Position numbers and translations under genes: made by a program. A stretch of 64,000 nt of DNA from Camelus dromedarius (Eukaryota). Below are positions 49,720 through 62,759 of this stretch, one piece after another (position 1 is the stretch's first letter; each line of letters starts with the position of its first letter). The stretch spans positions 20,832,001-20,896,000 of the forward strand of contig NC_087437.1 in assembly GCF_036321535.1 (NCBI RefSeq), in the 5' to 3' direction. The notes below the pieces were generated by a model that was not told the DNA's origin, did no database searches, and saw nothing but the letters and a program-made list of their open reading frames with translations.

Positions 49720-49935
49720 CCCAGGATTTGGAATCAGTTGAAGTTGCATTTAAGTCCCAGGTCTAACATAAACTGGCTCTGTGACCTTGAACAGATTCTC
49801 TGACCTTTCGGAGACTCTTTTTTGTGTAGCTATAAAATGGGGGAATGTCTTCTACAATCTGAAGACTATATGAGGTCACGTATGTCAATCACTTTGCCCA
49901 GTGATTGACTTACAGTAGGTATTCAGTACACATGC
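49720..49935 (+). mobile_element. MIR SINE
   Basis: ctgtgaccttgaacagattc...tgtagctataaaatgggggaatg...cagtaggtattcagtacacatgct. Confidence 0.75.
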
Positions 49936-50016
49936 TAATTGCAACTCAGTTGTTGCTGATACATTAATCCTGACAGCTAGTCATGGAACGCTGTTCTTTC
50001 TTTTTCTTTTTTATAG

Positions 50017-50116
50017 ACCTCAATGTGGAGAAGATGGAGGACTCAGAACCAAGGATTTCCAAGTGATTTCTTCCAAAGCACGAAAAACTAACTCTGTTAA
50101 GGCTGGTCTGTTCTAA
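50017..50116 (+). CDS. exon 2 part of the putative small ORF (...LPQCGEDGGLRTKDFQVISSKARKTNSVKAGLF*); exon runs to 50121
   Basis: Strong acceptor ctgttctttctttttcttttttatag| and donor GAG|GTAACT at 50122. The frame joined from exon 1 stays open to TAA at 50114-50116. Confidence 0.4.
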
Positions 50117-51844
50117 CTGAGGTAACTGAATTTGCATCTCTCCGTAGTCTACATGCAATAGGGAATGGGTTCTCTGAGGAACTGAATGACTCTCAGGGGG
50201 CTTACGATTTGGGCCAGGGATCCACTAGATTTGGGGATTACAAAGTGACAATGACATTTAAGCGAACTGTTATTAAGGAGACGTGATGTGTGAGGGCCCT
50301 GTGATGAATAGGGAACTAAGTGAACGGGGCTTCAGGCCAACTGGTTTCTCGTTCCTGTTCTGCCAGTGATTGTCGTGGGAGCGCCTGTAAGTCTCTTCTG
50401 GCTTCTTCAGGCCAGAAGGACCTACAGATGTCACTGAGATCCGGAGAGTTTGAATGACTCTTCAGGGAGACCCAGTGGCGTAGGGGCAGGACTGGAGCTT
50501 GGATCTCGATTGCTCAGTCAGGCAGCCGGCTTCTGGGCCTGCTGTAGGGTGAGCACTGTGCTAGACACTGAGAATACAAGCCTGAGGAGCCCACCCCCAG
50601 ACACTCGCAGTTTGCACAGACAAGTATTGACAGCCCGGCACACTGAGCTCCACCTTTGAGGCCTCCACAGAGCCCCAGATGGTGATAATAACAACTATCA
50701 TTTGTCAAGCCCTTTTGTGTGTGTGTGTGTGTGCAAGGCAGTGCATTAAGGGCTTTAAGTGCTGTATTTTTACTTACTCCTCATAACACCACTGCGAAAT
50801 AAGGAAGGATAGATGTGAAGGATTGAAATGTGAAAATGCAGGCAGGTCATGGAGGGCTTTGCATCTCATATACATCTAGGGTGTACATTCTGTAGGCAAA
50901 GCACAATGCTAGGACCATAAAGTTGCAGGGACAGTGCTTGCCCTCCAGGAGCTTGTAACCTTGACTCCAAGGAGGCGGAGTCAGGTGGGCCGCGCCTGAC
51001 GTACACCCCTCTCTCCTCCACCTGCTTCTCTGACAGTCAGAGAGAGATCTGTCACAGAAGAGGCCAGAGTAGTTGATATACCACAGTTCTTACCCTCAAT
51101 GCAATTTTTCATTCTTTTCAAATTTAACATACAATTCTATCCATCTATGAAAATTTATACTTTCACTTTATAAACAATAGTAAGACCGTCTCTGAATTCA
51201 TGTATTTATTTGTTCATTCAACAAATGTTTATTGAGCTCCTACAAGGAACTTACTTGGATATTCAAGACCAAATATATTACTGTGTTTTTACAATCTTGG
51301 TATTAGCCATCATCAGTCTCTTAGCAAAGAATTATTGTTCAGCTGTTAGAGATTCTCTGTTAACATGCTAGACTATCAGCTCTAGGGATGTTGGAGATTG
51401 ACGCATAAATAGGATTCCAACTGGATAAACAGGAAAATCTTTTTTAAAAATCTTAAAATCCTCAGAAAGGAATTTCTTACTTCTCTTTTAAATTTTGATT
51501 TTTGCCGTCACCTACATTTAGAGGCCTTTTATTTATACACTTAACCTATAGGCAGAGTAAAAAGCAGTTTGGCCAGGGGTGGGGGGTTTTCTTTGACTTA
51601 AAATGCTCTAATTTTTTAGCTTGTAGGCCACCCAAGACTCAGAGTGTTCAAAAGTAAAGCAATTTAAGGGATACTTGAATTTACAAGGTGCAGAGTTAGA
51701 GATAGCTCCAATAATTGCATTGAGTAGCAGAAATCAGATTGTAAGCCTTAAATGCCACTTGTAATAAACTTAAGCTCCAAATGGAACAAATGAGATGCTG
51801 AGTATGAATGTACTTTGCAGACTCCTAGGAGTTCCAGAAATGTT

Positions 51845-52480
51845 ACAGCAAATATTTATTGAGTACCTGCCATGAGATGGGGAGGACAGGCAGGGCAGAG
51901 CGCAGAGACAGGGAGAGCAGTTAGAAGGGTACCATAGTTCACCAAGCAGAAGGCCGGAAATGGTGACAGCAGTGAAACGGGAAGGGAGCAGATGTGAAGG
52001 AAAGAACTGACACAGTCTGCCCTCAGAGTAGAGAAGAAGCAGCTAAAGCTGGCGCTGAGATATCCAGAGCAGCGGTACCCAGGAAGACAGCTTAGATGGA
52101 GGTGACGGGCTACATTTTCAGAGGTGCTGAGTTTGAAGTATTGAAGCATAATGTCCCTGAGATGATCTGGGGATTTGCAACCCAGAGAAAGGCCAGGGCT
52201 AGTTTGGGAGTCACTGGGATCTAGAAGTCAAGAGGTGAGAGAGGAGATATTCCAGTGGGAGGATATAGGGAGGAAAAGCTTGAGGATGGAATTGGATGAG
52301 AAAAGAAGGACCTACGGAGGACCTAGAGAAAAGTCTGGCGAGAGAGTGAGGAAGAACAAGAGAATAGGGCTCCAGAAGCCAGAAGAAGGGGGTTTCCCAG
52401 AGAAGGGAGCCTGGAGTGTCAGACTCAGGAAGGGGAGGAGGGGTGGCCCAGGAAGGCCATTGGATTGACAAGTGCTAGGT
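51845..52480 (-). mobile_element. L2 LINE fragment
   Basis: cagcaaatatttattgagtacctgc followed by a purine-rich antisense L2 body (gagttttgaagtattgaagcata...gccattggattgacaag). Confidence 0.75.
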
Positions 52481-52859
52481 CACACATTTGTTGGCATTTT
52501 CCTTTGTAAGGCACTGTGACTTGCAGAATGAATATCAAGTGGTTTCGTCTGCAAAAATTTGTAGCTTGCACACATCAAGAATCACTGTTAAATTTGACCC
52601 TAGTAAGCCTCTAGTAATCACACTTCTGAGTACTACAATTCAGGCAGTTAAATGTGATTTTGATACTAGTCGTACACTTTATTCTGTGGTCAACAGACCG
52701 ACCAAAGAATATCCGGTGATAGATAATTCTTTAAAAACTACATTGCTGTTGATGCAAAGGTTTCTGACAGTAATTAAATTTTTATTTTGCCTTTTGCCAT
52801 ATGGCTGTTGTATGACATGAGAGAGAGAGAGAGAATGTATGTGTGTTTTCATGGGCATA

Positions 52860-53075
52860 TGAGCTTAGGACAATGGAATGAGAAGGCTGGGGTCAGATAA
52901 ATCTAGTTTCACAACCTAGCTGGGCTATTTTCCAGGGTTGTGACTCCAGAAAAGTTACTCTCTCTCTAAGCCTAACTTTTTCCATCCATCACTCAAATAG
53001 GATTATTTTGAAGATTGAGTAATATATAATTTGGTCAGGATCTATATCATAACAGGCAGTTAATAGATGCTGATT
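52860..53075 (+). mobile_element. MIR SINE
   Basis: ggggtcagataaatctagtttc...ctaagcctaactttttccatcc...aggcagttaatagatgctg. Confidence 0.7.
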
Positions 53076-56000
53076 CCCTTCCCCTTACAACCTTCTTTAG
53101 GTATGTACATTTCTGCATAATGATCTTCTACAGGCAGAGCCTTACCTTTACGATTCATTTTAATGTGTTAATTTTGTCATGGAAAGTGCATGCCTCCTGT
53201 GAGAGTTTAAGTGACCTGCAATTTCATATAGACAAGAATCCATCTGGGGATTTTTGTTAAAATGTAGGTTCCCAGGTCCCTGGCACAGAGATTCTAACTC
53301 AGTAAATTTCAGATGGGACCCCTGAGAATCTTCATTTTAAACAAGCACAGCTGTGATGAAGATCAACAAATGCCAGTTTCTAGGAAGTAGAGGAAGGGAG
53401 TAGACCTGAGCCTTGATAGGCTGATGATTTCAGATCCAGTTTCTATTAAAGACATGTGGATGCTCAAAAGCTTTGTATCTGTATTATTAATGTTCATGGA
53501 TTATATTTGTAATAAGATGAAACAAATGGATCCCAGCTAGTCAAGGAATGGTGGTGTTATTGCCCCGCCACCATCGCCATCTGCAGTGTATCCACAGCGG
53601 TACTGAGCAACACACAGCCCCCACGTCAGCTTCTTTTCCTGTGGAGTAAGTGGTGACACCCTGACCCTATGCCCAGAGTTTGCAAAACCAGTGTAACCTG
53701 AATGTTGTTACCAATAATATATTTAATGGCAGTAACAGAGCACAGTCATGCCAGTAAAATATTGTGATGGATTTGTCTATCTGACTCTGTGTCTTCTGGT
53801 TGATAAATATCTATGTCATTATATTATATTCCTCTCATTCTCTGCATCTTGGAATCATAATTTTTAGGCTAGTTCATGTTGTTCCTCTATCCCAACCTAA
53901 TTTTATAGATGAGAGAATAATTTATCCTTTCTTCCCTCCTATTCCTAGCGCTCTTCTTTGCAAAAGGATTGAAGTGTATTTACATGGTTGGTGTTAAGCT
54001 GTGTATGGAGAATATAAAACATATTTGACTTGTGTATATTAAATTGTGCTTTATGTTCCTGGTATATAATTTAAAAATCAGGTGACTTAACAGGGCTATA
54101 TTTATTAAAACTATACTGAGTCATTTCATAACATGGTTGGCATTTCACTGATGGGTTAGTTCTTTTGGAGCAGGATGCCAGTGGCCTAGAGCCTTGCCTA
54201 GAATCAGGTTTTCTCTGTCTATACCCCTAACCTGAAGGGGAGAAAAACAGAACTGACTTTCATGGAGTCCATTCTGTACCTTATGTGCATTATCTCAGCC
54301 ATCTTATTAGAACCTCCAGATAACCTGGTGTGGTGGAAGTTGATGCAAAGAGGTTCAGTAATGCTGTAGAGATGAGATTTTTTTTTCCCCCACACCCTGG
54401 GCTCTTACCTGACTTCAAAGTCCAGCCTCCTCTCACCACATCACATGTTGTTTTTCCAGCTACATATTATGAGTATGAAATAGATCATTGTTCCTGATAA
54501 TGACTTAGAGACCCTTGTCCCTGATATTACAGTAACCTCAGAATTTTTGACAAGAAGCAAATGGACAGAGGTAATGTGCAAACTTGAATTTTTCAACAAA
54601 GATCAACTATGCCAGGTATCAGATCAGGACCCCACCCTCATGGGGCTTCCTTATCTTTCTCACCTGTTCTTATCTACCATCTAAGTGCTGCTGCAGGCTT
54701 TTCTTTTAAAGTGGAAACACCAATGGATTTCTGCACTGATAAGAACAGTGTCTTACTATAGCTGTCACTGTCCTTGTGCCGGGCTGAATGTTCCCAGAGT
54801 CACTCTAGCATTTTGAAAGTTTAAAGCAGTTCCTTGGGGGCTTGCCCAGAGGTGCACAGTAAGTGTTTGTTGATTACCCTCTGAGGCCCCAGGGAAGTCT
54901 GCAGGGAACAAGGGAATAGCACTGAGCCCTGCAGAGGGGGTGTTGGGGGATGCAGAAGACCACAGTGTAAGAAGCAAGACAGGAGGCCTGGAACTTGTCC
55001 CTGTGACCCACTGTGTAACTTTGGGAAAGAAAATCATGTAACTTTTCTGGCTTGGTTTCCTCACCTGTAACCAGAGAAGGTTTGGCTCAATGATGACAAA
55101 GCTTCCTTCCAGCTCTTCAGTGCAGTAATTCGACTTCCTGTCTGACAGAAAAGTGGAGGGACTGAGACAAGCAGGTGGTAAACTCCATGTTTGAGGTCTG
55201 CCAGGGGTCCTGATTGCAAAGCTCCTTCCAACTGTCCTCAGAGAGATACTAGTACTGGCTAGACTTTGGATTCTGCCTTTACCCCGTACGCTTTTGAGGA
55301 AAGTGCATGAATTTAAGGGTGGGAGAGATTGTCTGCTTTGGAGGAAATAAGAATTCTTATTTGGAAGGATTGATTGGGAATCAGTCAAAAGGTGACAGAA
55401 TAGGAGGTAGGAAATCCCTTTATTAAGGTTTATGGCAAGAAAGAACCTTAGAAATAAACTAGCCCAACCTCTTTGCATTCCGGATAAGGATACGGAAGTC
55501 CAGGGAAATTCGTAGGGTTTGCTCAGGGTCACACGGCTAGTGGCAAACACGGAACAGAAGCCAGTATCCCCTGTCCGTTCAGTACGGTCTCTGCAGAAAG
55601 GGGTAGGTCCTGTCCTAAGGCAGATTGTCAGGAGAGCAGGAGATGGTAGTCAGCGCGCAAAGCCTAAGGAGGTGGCAGGATTGTTCTGTTGGAGAGAGCA
55701 GCCCATGATGCCTGCTGGGCTTCTAGCAGACGTGGCTGGAAGGACACCACAACATGAACCTCCCATCCCGTTTGAAGCACTGGGACTCTTGTCAATTAAG
55801 GTAGTCAAGAACATTTCTTTTTAATCTGGGAGAGGAAGAAAGCTGTTTCCTATTTTTTAAAGCATTTTACCTCTCTTATTTAAGTGAAAATTGCTCAAGT
55901 CTGCAATGATTTAATTTTGAGAGGAATGAAACATTTTCTCGGGGAGTATGAAGACCCAGCTTCCAGCTTCCACACCCCATGTTGTTGGTCCCTCCTCTGC

Positions 56001-57610
56001 GTGTGTTCATCCCAGGGTGCCTTGTTATCGTGAGAAGTCCAGTAGCTGTTCGAGTCCTAGAGACACATCCTGGGGTTGTTGCAGCAACCCCTGAAGGCCG
56101 GCTTTGTGCCAGGTGAGACAGACAGAAGCTGCCACTTCCTGCTTTGTGAGTCGGATATTGTATCTAGGTCCCGTTTTGTTTGTGTTATTTTTCCTGTTTG
56201 TGTGTTAGAACGACTTCTGATTATTTGTAGAGTTGATTACAACTGGGTAATAAGGCCAGCAATTCAGTGAAAACAAAAGTGAATTTATTATCGTGCCAGG
56301 CAAGAGAGACCACAATGTTCAGAATCAGTCTCCCCAAACATACATGCATTTTCATGGAAGCATGGAGATTTCTGATTAACTCTAATAGGACGCGGAATCG
56401 CTTCTAGACCAAAGTGAGGATTTTCTGTTTTCAAAACCTCGGCATTCTGGTCTGCGCTTGCTTATACTTATTTATTCCGGTCTTGTAGTCTCTGACCCGA
56501 ACTTGGGGAGCAGGGGTCCCTGGGTCTCGGGGTGTTTGATGCTCACCAGGGGAGGCAGTAGCCAGTCATGCCAGCTTTCTGGGTGCCTGCTGCGAATGCC
56601 TCCTGTGGTGTGCTCTGCCCTTCCCTTGGGCGAATGCACATTCTACCTTTGCTCTAATATGGGAAGGGGTGGGAGGACCACTTTGAGGCAGCAGAAGGCA
56701 CTAGGATAGGCGGAAAAATAGATGACGTGGCAGAATGGGGTTTTACTCAGACATTAGAGAACTGGCCTTCCCCGGGTGCTGTGCTAAATCGGGTTAAAAA
56801 AAAAAAAAAAGAGAGAGAGAGAGAGAAAGAAAAAGAAAAAAGCCTGACCTTTAGAATTTTTCCTGTCAAGGTCTAGCAATTCTGGAGTTTCTTTCTCCAT
56901 TCTACGCTGTAAGCGGGCTTTTTGCACAGGAGCACCGTAAATTACCCGGGAGAACATTTCTTCCTAAATGAATATGCGCTACGAAGCGAGTTCTTACCTT
57001 GTTTGATTGTTTATTTAATAGTCTCAATATTTGTTTTTGCTTTTGACGTTTTGCAGGAAATCACTCAAGAGCTTTGTGCCCTGTTTGAATGGTCTATTTT
57101 AAGACTCTTTTCTATTTAATGATAGGCGTTTCTGATAAGATGATTTGTGCTTCTCTCTATTTTAGGAAATACTTTTTGAGGTCTTGTGTGTGTGTTTAAG
57201 CTTTTATGAAGCTTAAACGGGGGGAGTCTTCCCTCCAATCCTAGCAGCTACCTTGTATTAAAAATGACCTATTTTTCCCCCCACGAGGTTCCCTTATTCA
57301 GGGAGGATAATAAAAGTCGGGTGATTAGTCATTGTGGCGTTCAGCAAACAAATACTTTGGAGGCCATGATTTATGTTACTGGTCGGAAAAAAAGGTTCTA
57401 TCTGTCTCTAGACAAGGACTCCTGTGAAAGGTACGGGCCCTGTGTTCCCAGAAGGTCCCTTGAGTGCCCTGCTTGTTGTGTTCAGGTTTCTAAAACCCGG
57501 TGGCCATTTTCTGTGAGTTTGAATCCCTGGGTTAAACTCCTCCCCCTGTGGAGTCTATGAGCATTTGTTTTCTAAAATGAAAGCACAGGCAGAAACTCGA
57601 GCTGTTCTGC

Positions 57611-57625
57611 AGAACAGCCTGTTCT
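57611..57625. promoter_or_regulatory. perfect palindromic GRE/ARE/PRE-type element
   Basis: AGAACA-gcc-TGTTCT, an exact IR3 consensus, with an extra TGTTCT half-site at 57603-57608. Confidence 0.6.
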
Positions 57626-60600
57626 GTAGATTTTTTTTTTTTTAGATCCGTATATTTAAAGCATAATTTTTCTAAACAGCCTATTGTGGGTTTTTATCTG
57701 CAGTGGGTTTGGGTTTGTTTTGGGAATTTTACTTCTTTTAAATACAGACAACATAGTTATTGATGTAACTGCTCCCTGTTCCCCTCACCCCCCCCCCCCA
57801 GATAATTTCACTGTAAAACAGGTGAGCAGGGGGAACTGTTTGGATACCTACTGCCAGAAACCTTCATTTAGTTTTAATTAAATTTCTTTCAGGGTAAAAT
57901 TGGCTAAAGCTAACTGGAACTTAGTTCTTTAATACTCTTCCCTCCCTCCGCCCAACAGTTTTCCCCAGTTGATTTCTTTTGTCTAAACCACTGTGCATCC
58001 ATTTGTGTGACTGGCCAGAGTTTTTTGTAGCATTTCCGCAGTACAAAAAAGCTAAGCTTCTATGCCTCTGGGCGTAGGTGAGATCGGCGGGTGGGCTTGC
58101 TTGACAGCTCTGCAAGTCACCTGTGTCTGGGTAGAGGTGACTGTTTCACAATCCTGTGCTGCCTCAGAGATGTGCGCGGCCATGCCTGGCCTCCCTCCAG
58201 AGATTGCAGTGTTGCCAGCAGTGGCTTCAAACTGGAAAAATGGGAGGTGGAACTGTGGAAAACCGGGGAGGAGGAAATGTGTGTGCAAGGAAAGTATGTC
58301 CGTGGACTCAAATATCTGAGTGCTCCATAAAAATGATCTCTGTACATTGGCGTTTTGTGTCTGGAACCAAGTGGGGAACCACCATGAATGGGGGACTGTC
58401 TAATGGTGGGGAGGGGGCCTGGTGGAGCAGGGCAAGAGCATCAGCAGCTCTTCTCCAGGAGGTCCCCACCAGCATGCAGAGGCTTACACTGCTGTCCAGA
58501 CTAAAGGGATCAGCTCTGCACTGCCCCCCCACCTCCCAACATCTCTAGAGCGGGATTTGCTTCCTTGGGTTGACCGCCATTGTTCCACTGAGTACTTCTC
58601 AGAGATTCCCCGAGGACGCTTGTGATCTTGCTGGGTATGCTTTATCATGTCGACCCCACTGTTTGACCTCCAGGCTCCATTCCTGTGATCTAGGTTTTAG
58701 AATTGGTATTGTCTGTGTGATGCAGTGATGGAGTGTGATATCAATTCAGAATACTTTGAGCCACTAAGTGGCTATACCTGCTCAGCAATTACTGCTCCCC
58801 TCGTTACATCACCTGCTCGTGATGAATGGGGAACCCGCTTTTGAAATGGAGAGCTGCGTGCCTCTGAGACTGTGAGTCTGATTGTGTGGAGGGCTCATTA
58901 GGAGTTACCATGTCCTTCTCGAAGCTTGAGCAGACTCTATCATTAAATGACTTTGAAGTAAAGTGAGTTTGATACCTGTCCCCCTGTCCCCCAGAATTCA
59001 TCTATTAGGAAACTTTCCACATGGGAAGGAACAAACTGGAGGGATTCTGAAGAAACATTATGCGACCCAAATATATTCCATGTTAAGGCTTCTCCCAGCT
59101 ACCATTCTTTAAGATGGAATACTTTGGTAGTTTTGAAAGCTTGAATACTGATATCTCACCATTTAAATTTTAGGAAGATGATGACTCACAGTATAGAGAC
59201 TGAAATGTTACAGGCTTACGTGATCTGTCCTTATGTTATAGATTAGGGTCTAAAATTCAGGTACATTCAGGGACCGGAAGGTAATATGAATGTTCAGTGT
59301 GGGCTGGGTATCAGAAGATAGAGTGGTTAGATCGTGGCAAACTGGGGGCATTAAACCTTTCTAAAATACCATGGACTGAATGAAACCGTTCTGCTGGCCG
59401 AGTTCAGCCTTTGGCCTGCTGTTTTGCACAGCAGTTGTAGAGCTACGCCATCTGACTCCATCCACCAGTCTGGATTTCCTCAGTGGCAGCCTGCCCAGCC
59501 TTTTCCTGCAGAGCATTGGGCTTGAAGCTCTCCAAGACCCAGCCCAAGAAAAACTCAGAGCCATTGAATCTTCTCTGTGTCACAGCAAATAAAAGAGCAA
59601 CTTTGAAATGAAGTGTGTCCGTCTCATACAGGCAAAGTGATTTGTTAGGAGAGTCAGCAATGGAACACAGTTTGTGTGTCCAAGGACATCTGGAGAGGCA
59701 TCAGACATAGCAGCCTTGATTAAGCTTCCCAGTACTCAGTGTGCCCATCTCGGGACAGAACAGGAAGAACCCACCAAAGGGAGCCCCTCCTTTTCCGGGC
59801 ATGTCACTCCCAAGGCAGCTGAAAGAAGCCAAGCCTGCAGAGGCTAACCTGGATGGCACTGGGCCACGGGGTGACAGCAGAGGATGGCAGGCATTTCTTG
59901 ATATACCTGGTCTATGGTATTGACCTGCGTGGCCCAAGGATGCTTTGTGAAATATCAGGCAGTTAGCAACTTCCTAACTAGTCCTAGACTGGGACAATGT
60001 GAGAATTGTCCTCTCTCTGTTGACACTCGAATGACCTTCTGCACATCCTGGAATTTATAATGCCTTCCCTTTTTTCTAAACATCTTTTAATCACTCTCAT
60101 TTTCGTCAGCTCTCATGGTGCTAAGTGAGTCATAATGTCTGTAAAACACTTCGCACAGGGCCTGGCTTGTAGAAAGTGCTCGGTAAATATTAGCTTTTAT
60201 TGTCATTGGCATCATCATCATCGCCATTATAACTATTGCCATTTCCCCAGCAGATACAGAAACTTGGCTTCCTTAAACGTTGAACTTGGTTGTGTACCTC
60301 CACCATCTCTAGCCTGACATAACTGAGGATGGACCACACGTACATAATCCACTGTGCCAGAAAATGCACTTAACATGATCCCCACTGACTCACACACAGT
60401 AGTGTTCGGGGAGCACTACTCTAGACGCTGGCGGAGCACAGAGACAGACTTGCATAGAGATTGGTCCTCGTGGACTTACTAGCTAGGAGGTACTTTGGGG
60501 CAGTCTTGGGAGAGGCTGAGGGGGTGCCTTTTACATTATGCTGTAGGGGTGTATGATGGGGTGGCTTTGATGACACTAAGAATCTGATTCTGAAAGGCTA

Positions 60601-61389
60601 CTGTCTCCTGGCTGTGACTTTAACCTTAAGAAAGCACCTGGTTCCTCCCCTCTCCCTCCCTCTCTCCCCTCCCCCATGCCATTGACCTTCTGGCCATGCA
60701 AACCCTGTTGCCAAGACGGGAAATATTCCTGTTAAAGGGTAGGAAACCTTTGTGTGTCAGGGAGCCAACACAAAGAGTAACAGGTTAGGGTAGGACTTTA
60801 ATGACAGAACAGATATCAATGTAAAAGTGAGGGCAGTCGGTCTCAGTGAAGGTTTTGGGACCCTGGTAGGTGATGAGAAGGAAGGTGTAACTGAACTTTC
60901 TTTAATGCTGGTGACTGGGAGCATTGCCTGTTCCTAAGAAACATTTTGAAAAATAGAAATAACCAATCCCGTGCTGTCGTTGCTGTCATGCTGATATACT
61001 GTTTGGTTTGGAAGCTACTAAGGTGGTGAGGAGAAAAGGGCCATAGTATCTTAGAGATGAAATCCTAGCTTCATAGCAAATTAGTTTAGTTTAGAAAGTG
61101 AATTAACCAAAAGCCTTTTCAGCCCTTCAAAGCTCTCACCTGTATTTTGAGGGTAATGTGGTTTAGCGTTTTGTTAATTTATGATCGTGGTGATGTTTTC
61201 CATTCTGTATGGCACTTTCAAATGGCCCAGGCCCTAGGCTGCCCAAGACTTGGAAATGCAGCTGCATAATTAGTGGTCCTGGAAATGGCTCTCTCTTCTT
61301 GTTTTCTGCCACCTCTTCCTGCCACTGTTGGGGAACTTAGCTTGAAGTACTGGATCCCAGTCCCCTCTCCCCATCCATCCAGATGAGTT

Positions 61390-61835
61390 ACTGCCGTGGT
61401 GCCTGGTCGCCCCTCCCAAGATAGGTCTACATCCCCAAAGCTGGGAATGTGGCCTTTTTGGAAAAAAGGTCTTTGCAGATGCAAACTTTTTAAGGATCTT
61501 GAGATAAGTTCATCCTAGATTATCAGGTGGATCCTAAATCTAATGGTAAGTGTCCTTATAAGAGACACAGAAGAGAGACGCAGGAAGAGGAGAGGGCCAT
61601 GTGAAGATGAAGCAGAGATTGGAGCTCTGTGGCTACAAGCCGAGGAACCAGGGACCAGCAGAAGCTAGAAGGGGTGAGGAAGGATTCTCCCCGCCGAGTC
61701 TTCAGAGAGAACATGGCCCTGCCAACACCTTAATTTTGACTTCTGACCTCCAGGACTATAAGAGAATAAATTTTTCTTGTTTTTAAGTCACTAAGTTTAT
61801 GGTAGCTTGTTCAGCAGCCTCAGGAAACTGATACA
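61390..61835 (+). mobile_element. ERVL-MaLR LTR (MLT1C-like)
   Basis: aatgtggcctttttggaaaaaaggtctttgcagatg...gccatgtgaagatgaagcagagattggag...ggccctgccaacaccttaattttgacttctgacctccaggact...aggaaactgataca. Confidence 0.9.
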
Positions 61836-62450
61836 GTGTCAAACCTAGCTTTGTTCCCAAAGTGCCTGGAAACTTATTAAAAATCAGTTTCTGGGGTCTT
61901 ACCCCTGGCTGTCTGATTCAGTCAGTCGGGGGTGGCGCCAAGAAACTAAGTTTTTAATAAGAGCCTCCAGGTGACGCTTGGACATCCATTACCCTCTCAG
62001 TATCAGTGTTCCTCAGTGCCGCCTTTTGGGTTACTTTCTTTTCACCCGCTTTCCTTAGGCATTATCCATACTCATGTATGCAGCCGCCTCCTGTGTGTCC
62101 ATGCACTGTACAGCTGAATCTTCAGCCCTGCTTCCTTTCGGCGTCAAATCCACGATGGATGCCTGTTGGTTGAGGGGGCCACCTGTGTCTTCCACAGCCT
62201 CCTCTGAGGGAGCCCAGACCTCGTTCTCCTCCCAGACCAGCTCTTTGATCTGGGTCCCTACCTGTTAATGACCCATCTAGGCCACAGAACTGGTGTGTCA
62301 GCCTTCATCCTTCCCTCTTTCTTGCTCCCTCAGTTTCCGACTAGTTGATTTCTTCCATCCAGATGGCTTTTCTTTCCTTTTTTGTCATCCCCACCTGTTT
62401 CCTTGCCTTCTTTCCAGCCCCACTCCAGACAGCCTTCTCATCAGACTGTT

Positions 62451-62529
62451 CCTGTCTGCGAATGTGTCAGATGATTCCTGTTTAGACTGCTCCCAGAATG
62501 ACCTGTCTGCAAATTTGTCAGATGATTCC
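62451..62529. repeat. 28-bp direct repeat at 51-bp spacing
   Basis: cctgtctgcgaatgtgtcagatgattcc (62451-62478) and cctgtctgcaaatttgtcagatgattcc (62502-62529), 2 mismatches. Confidence 0.85.
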
Positions 62530-62554
62530 CACTTCATATCTTTTAAATGACGCA

Positions 62555-62740
62555 CTGTTGTCTGGGCTGCACATTGGAATCACCTGGAGTTGTTGGTTTT
62601 GTTTTTTTTTTAATCTCAATACGTAGCATCCACCCAAGACCAAACAAATCAGAATCTCGAGTTGGAGCCTGAGTGTTGGTATCTTTTTCAGGTTCCCATG
62701 GGTGATTCTAGTAGGCAGTTATGGGTTGAGAACTACCAGG
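62555..62740. mobile_element. MER5-family hAT transposon (other MER5-like fragments near 2160-2320, 24410-24545, 53240-53360, 61860-61990)
   Basis: ggctgcacattggaatcacctggag...aaatcagaatctc...ggtgattcta...gggttgagaactacc. Confidence 0.8.
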
Positions 62741-62759
62741 CTAGAAGATAAAGTCCAAA

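Noticed and set aside
54765-55550. 261-aa minus-strand ORF
   Set aside because: Non-ATG start, overlaps MIR fragments (about 54990-55110 and 55480-55560), Leu/Ser-rich noise composition, no splice structure.
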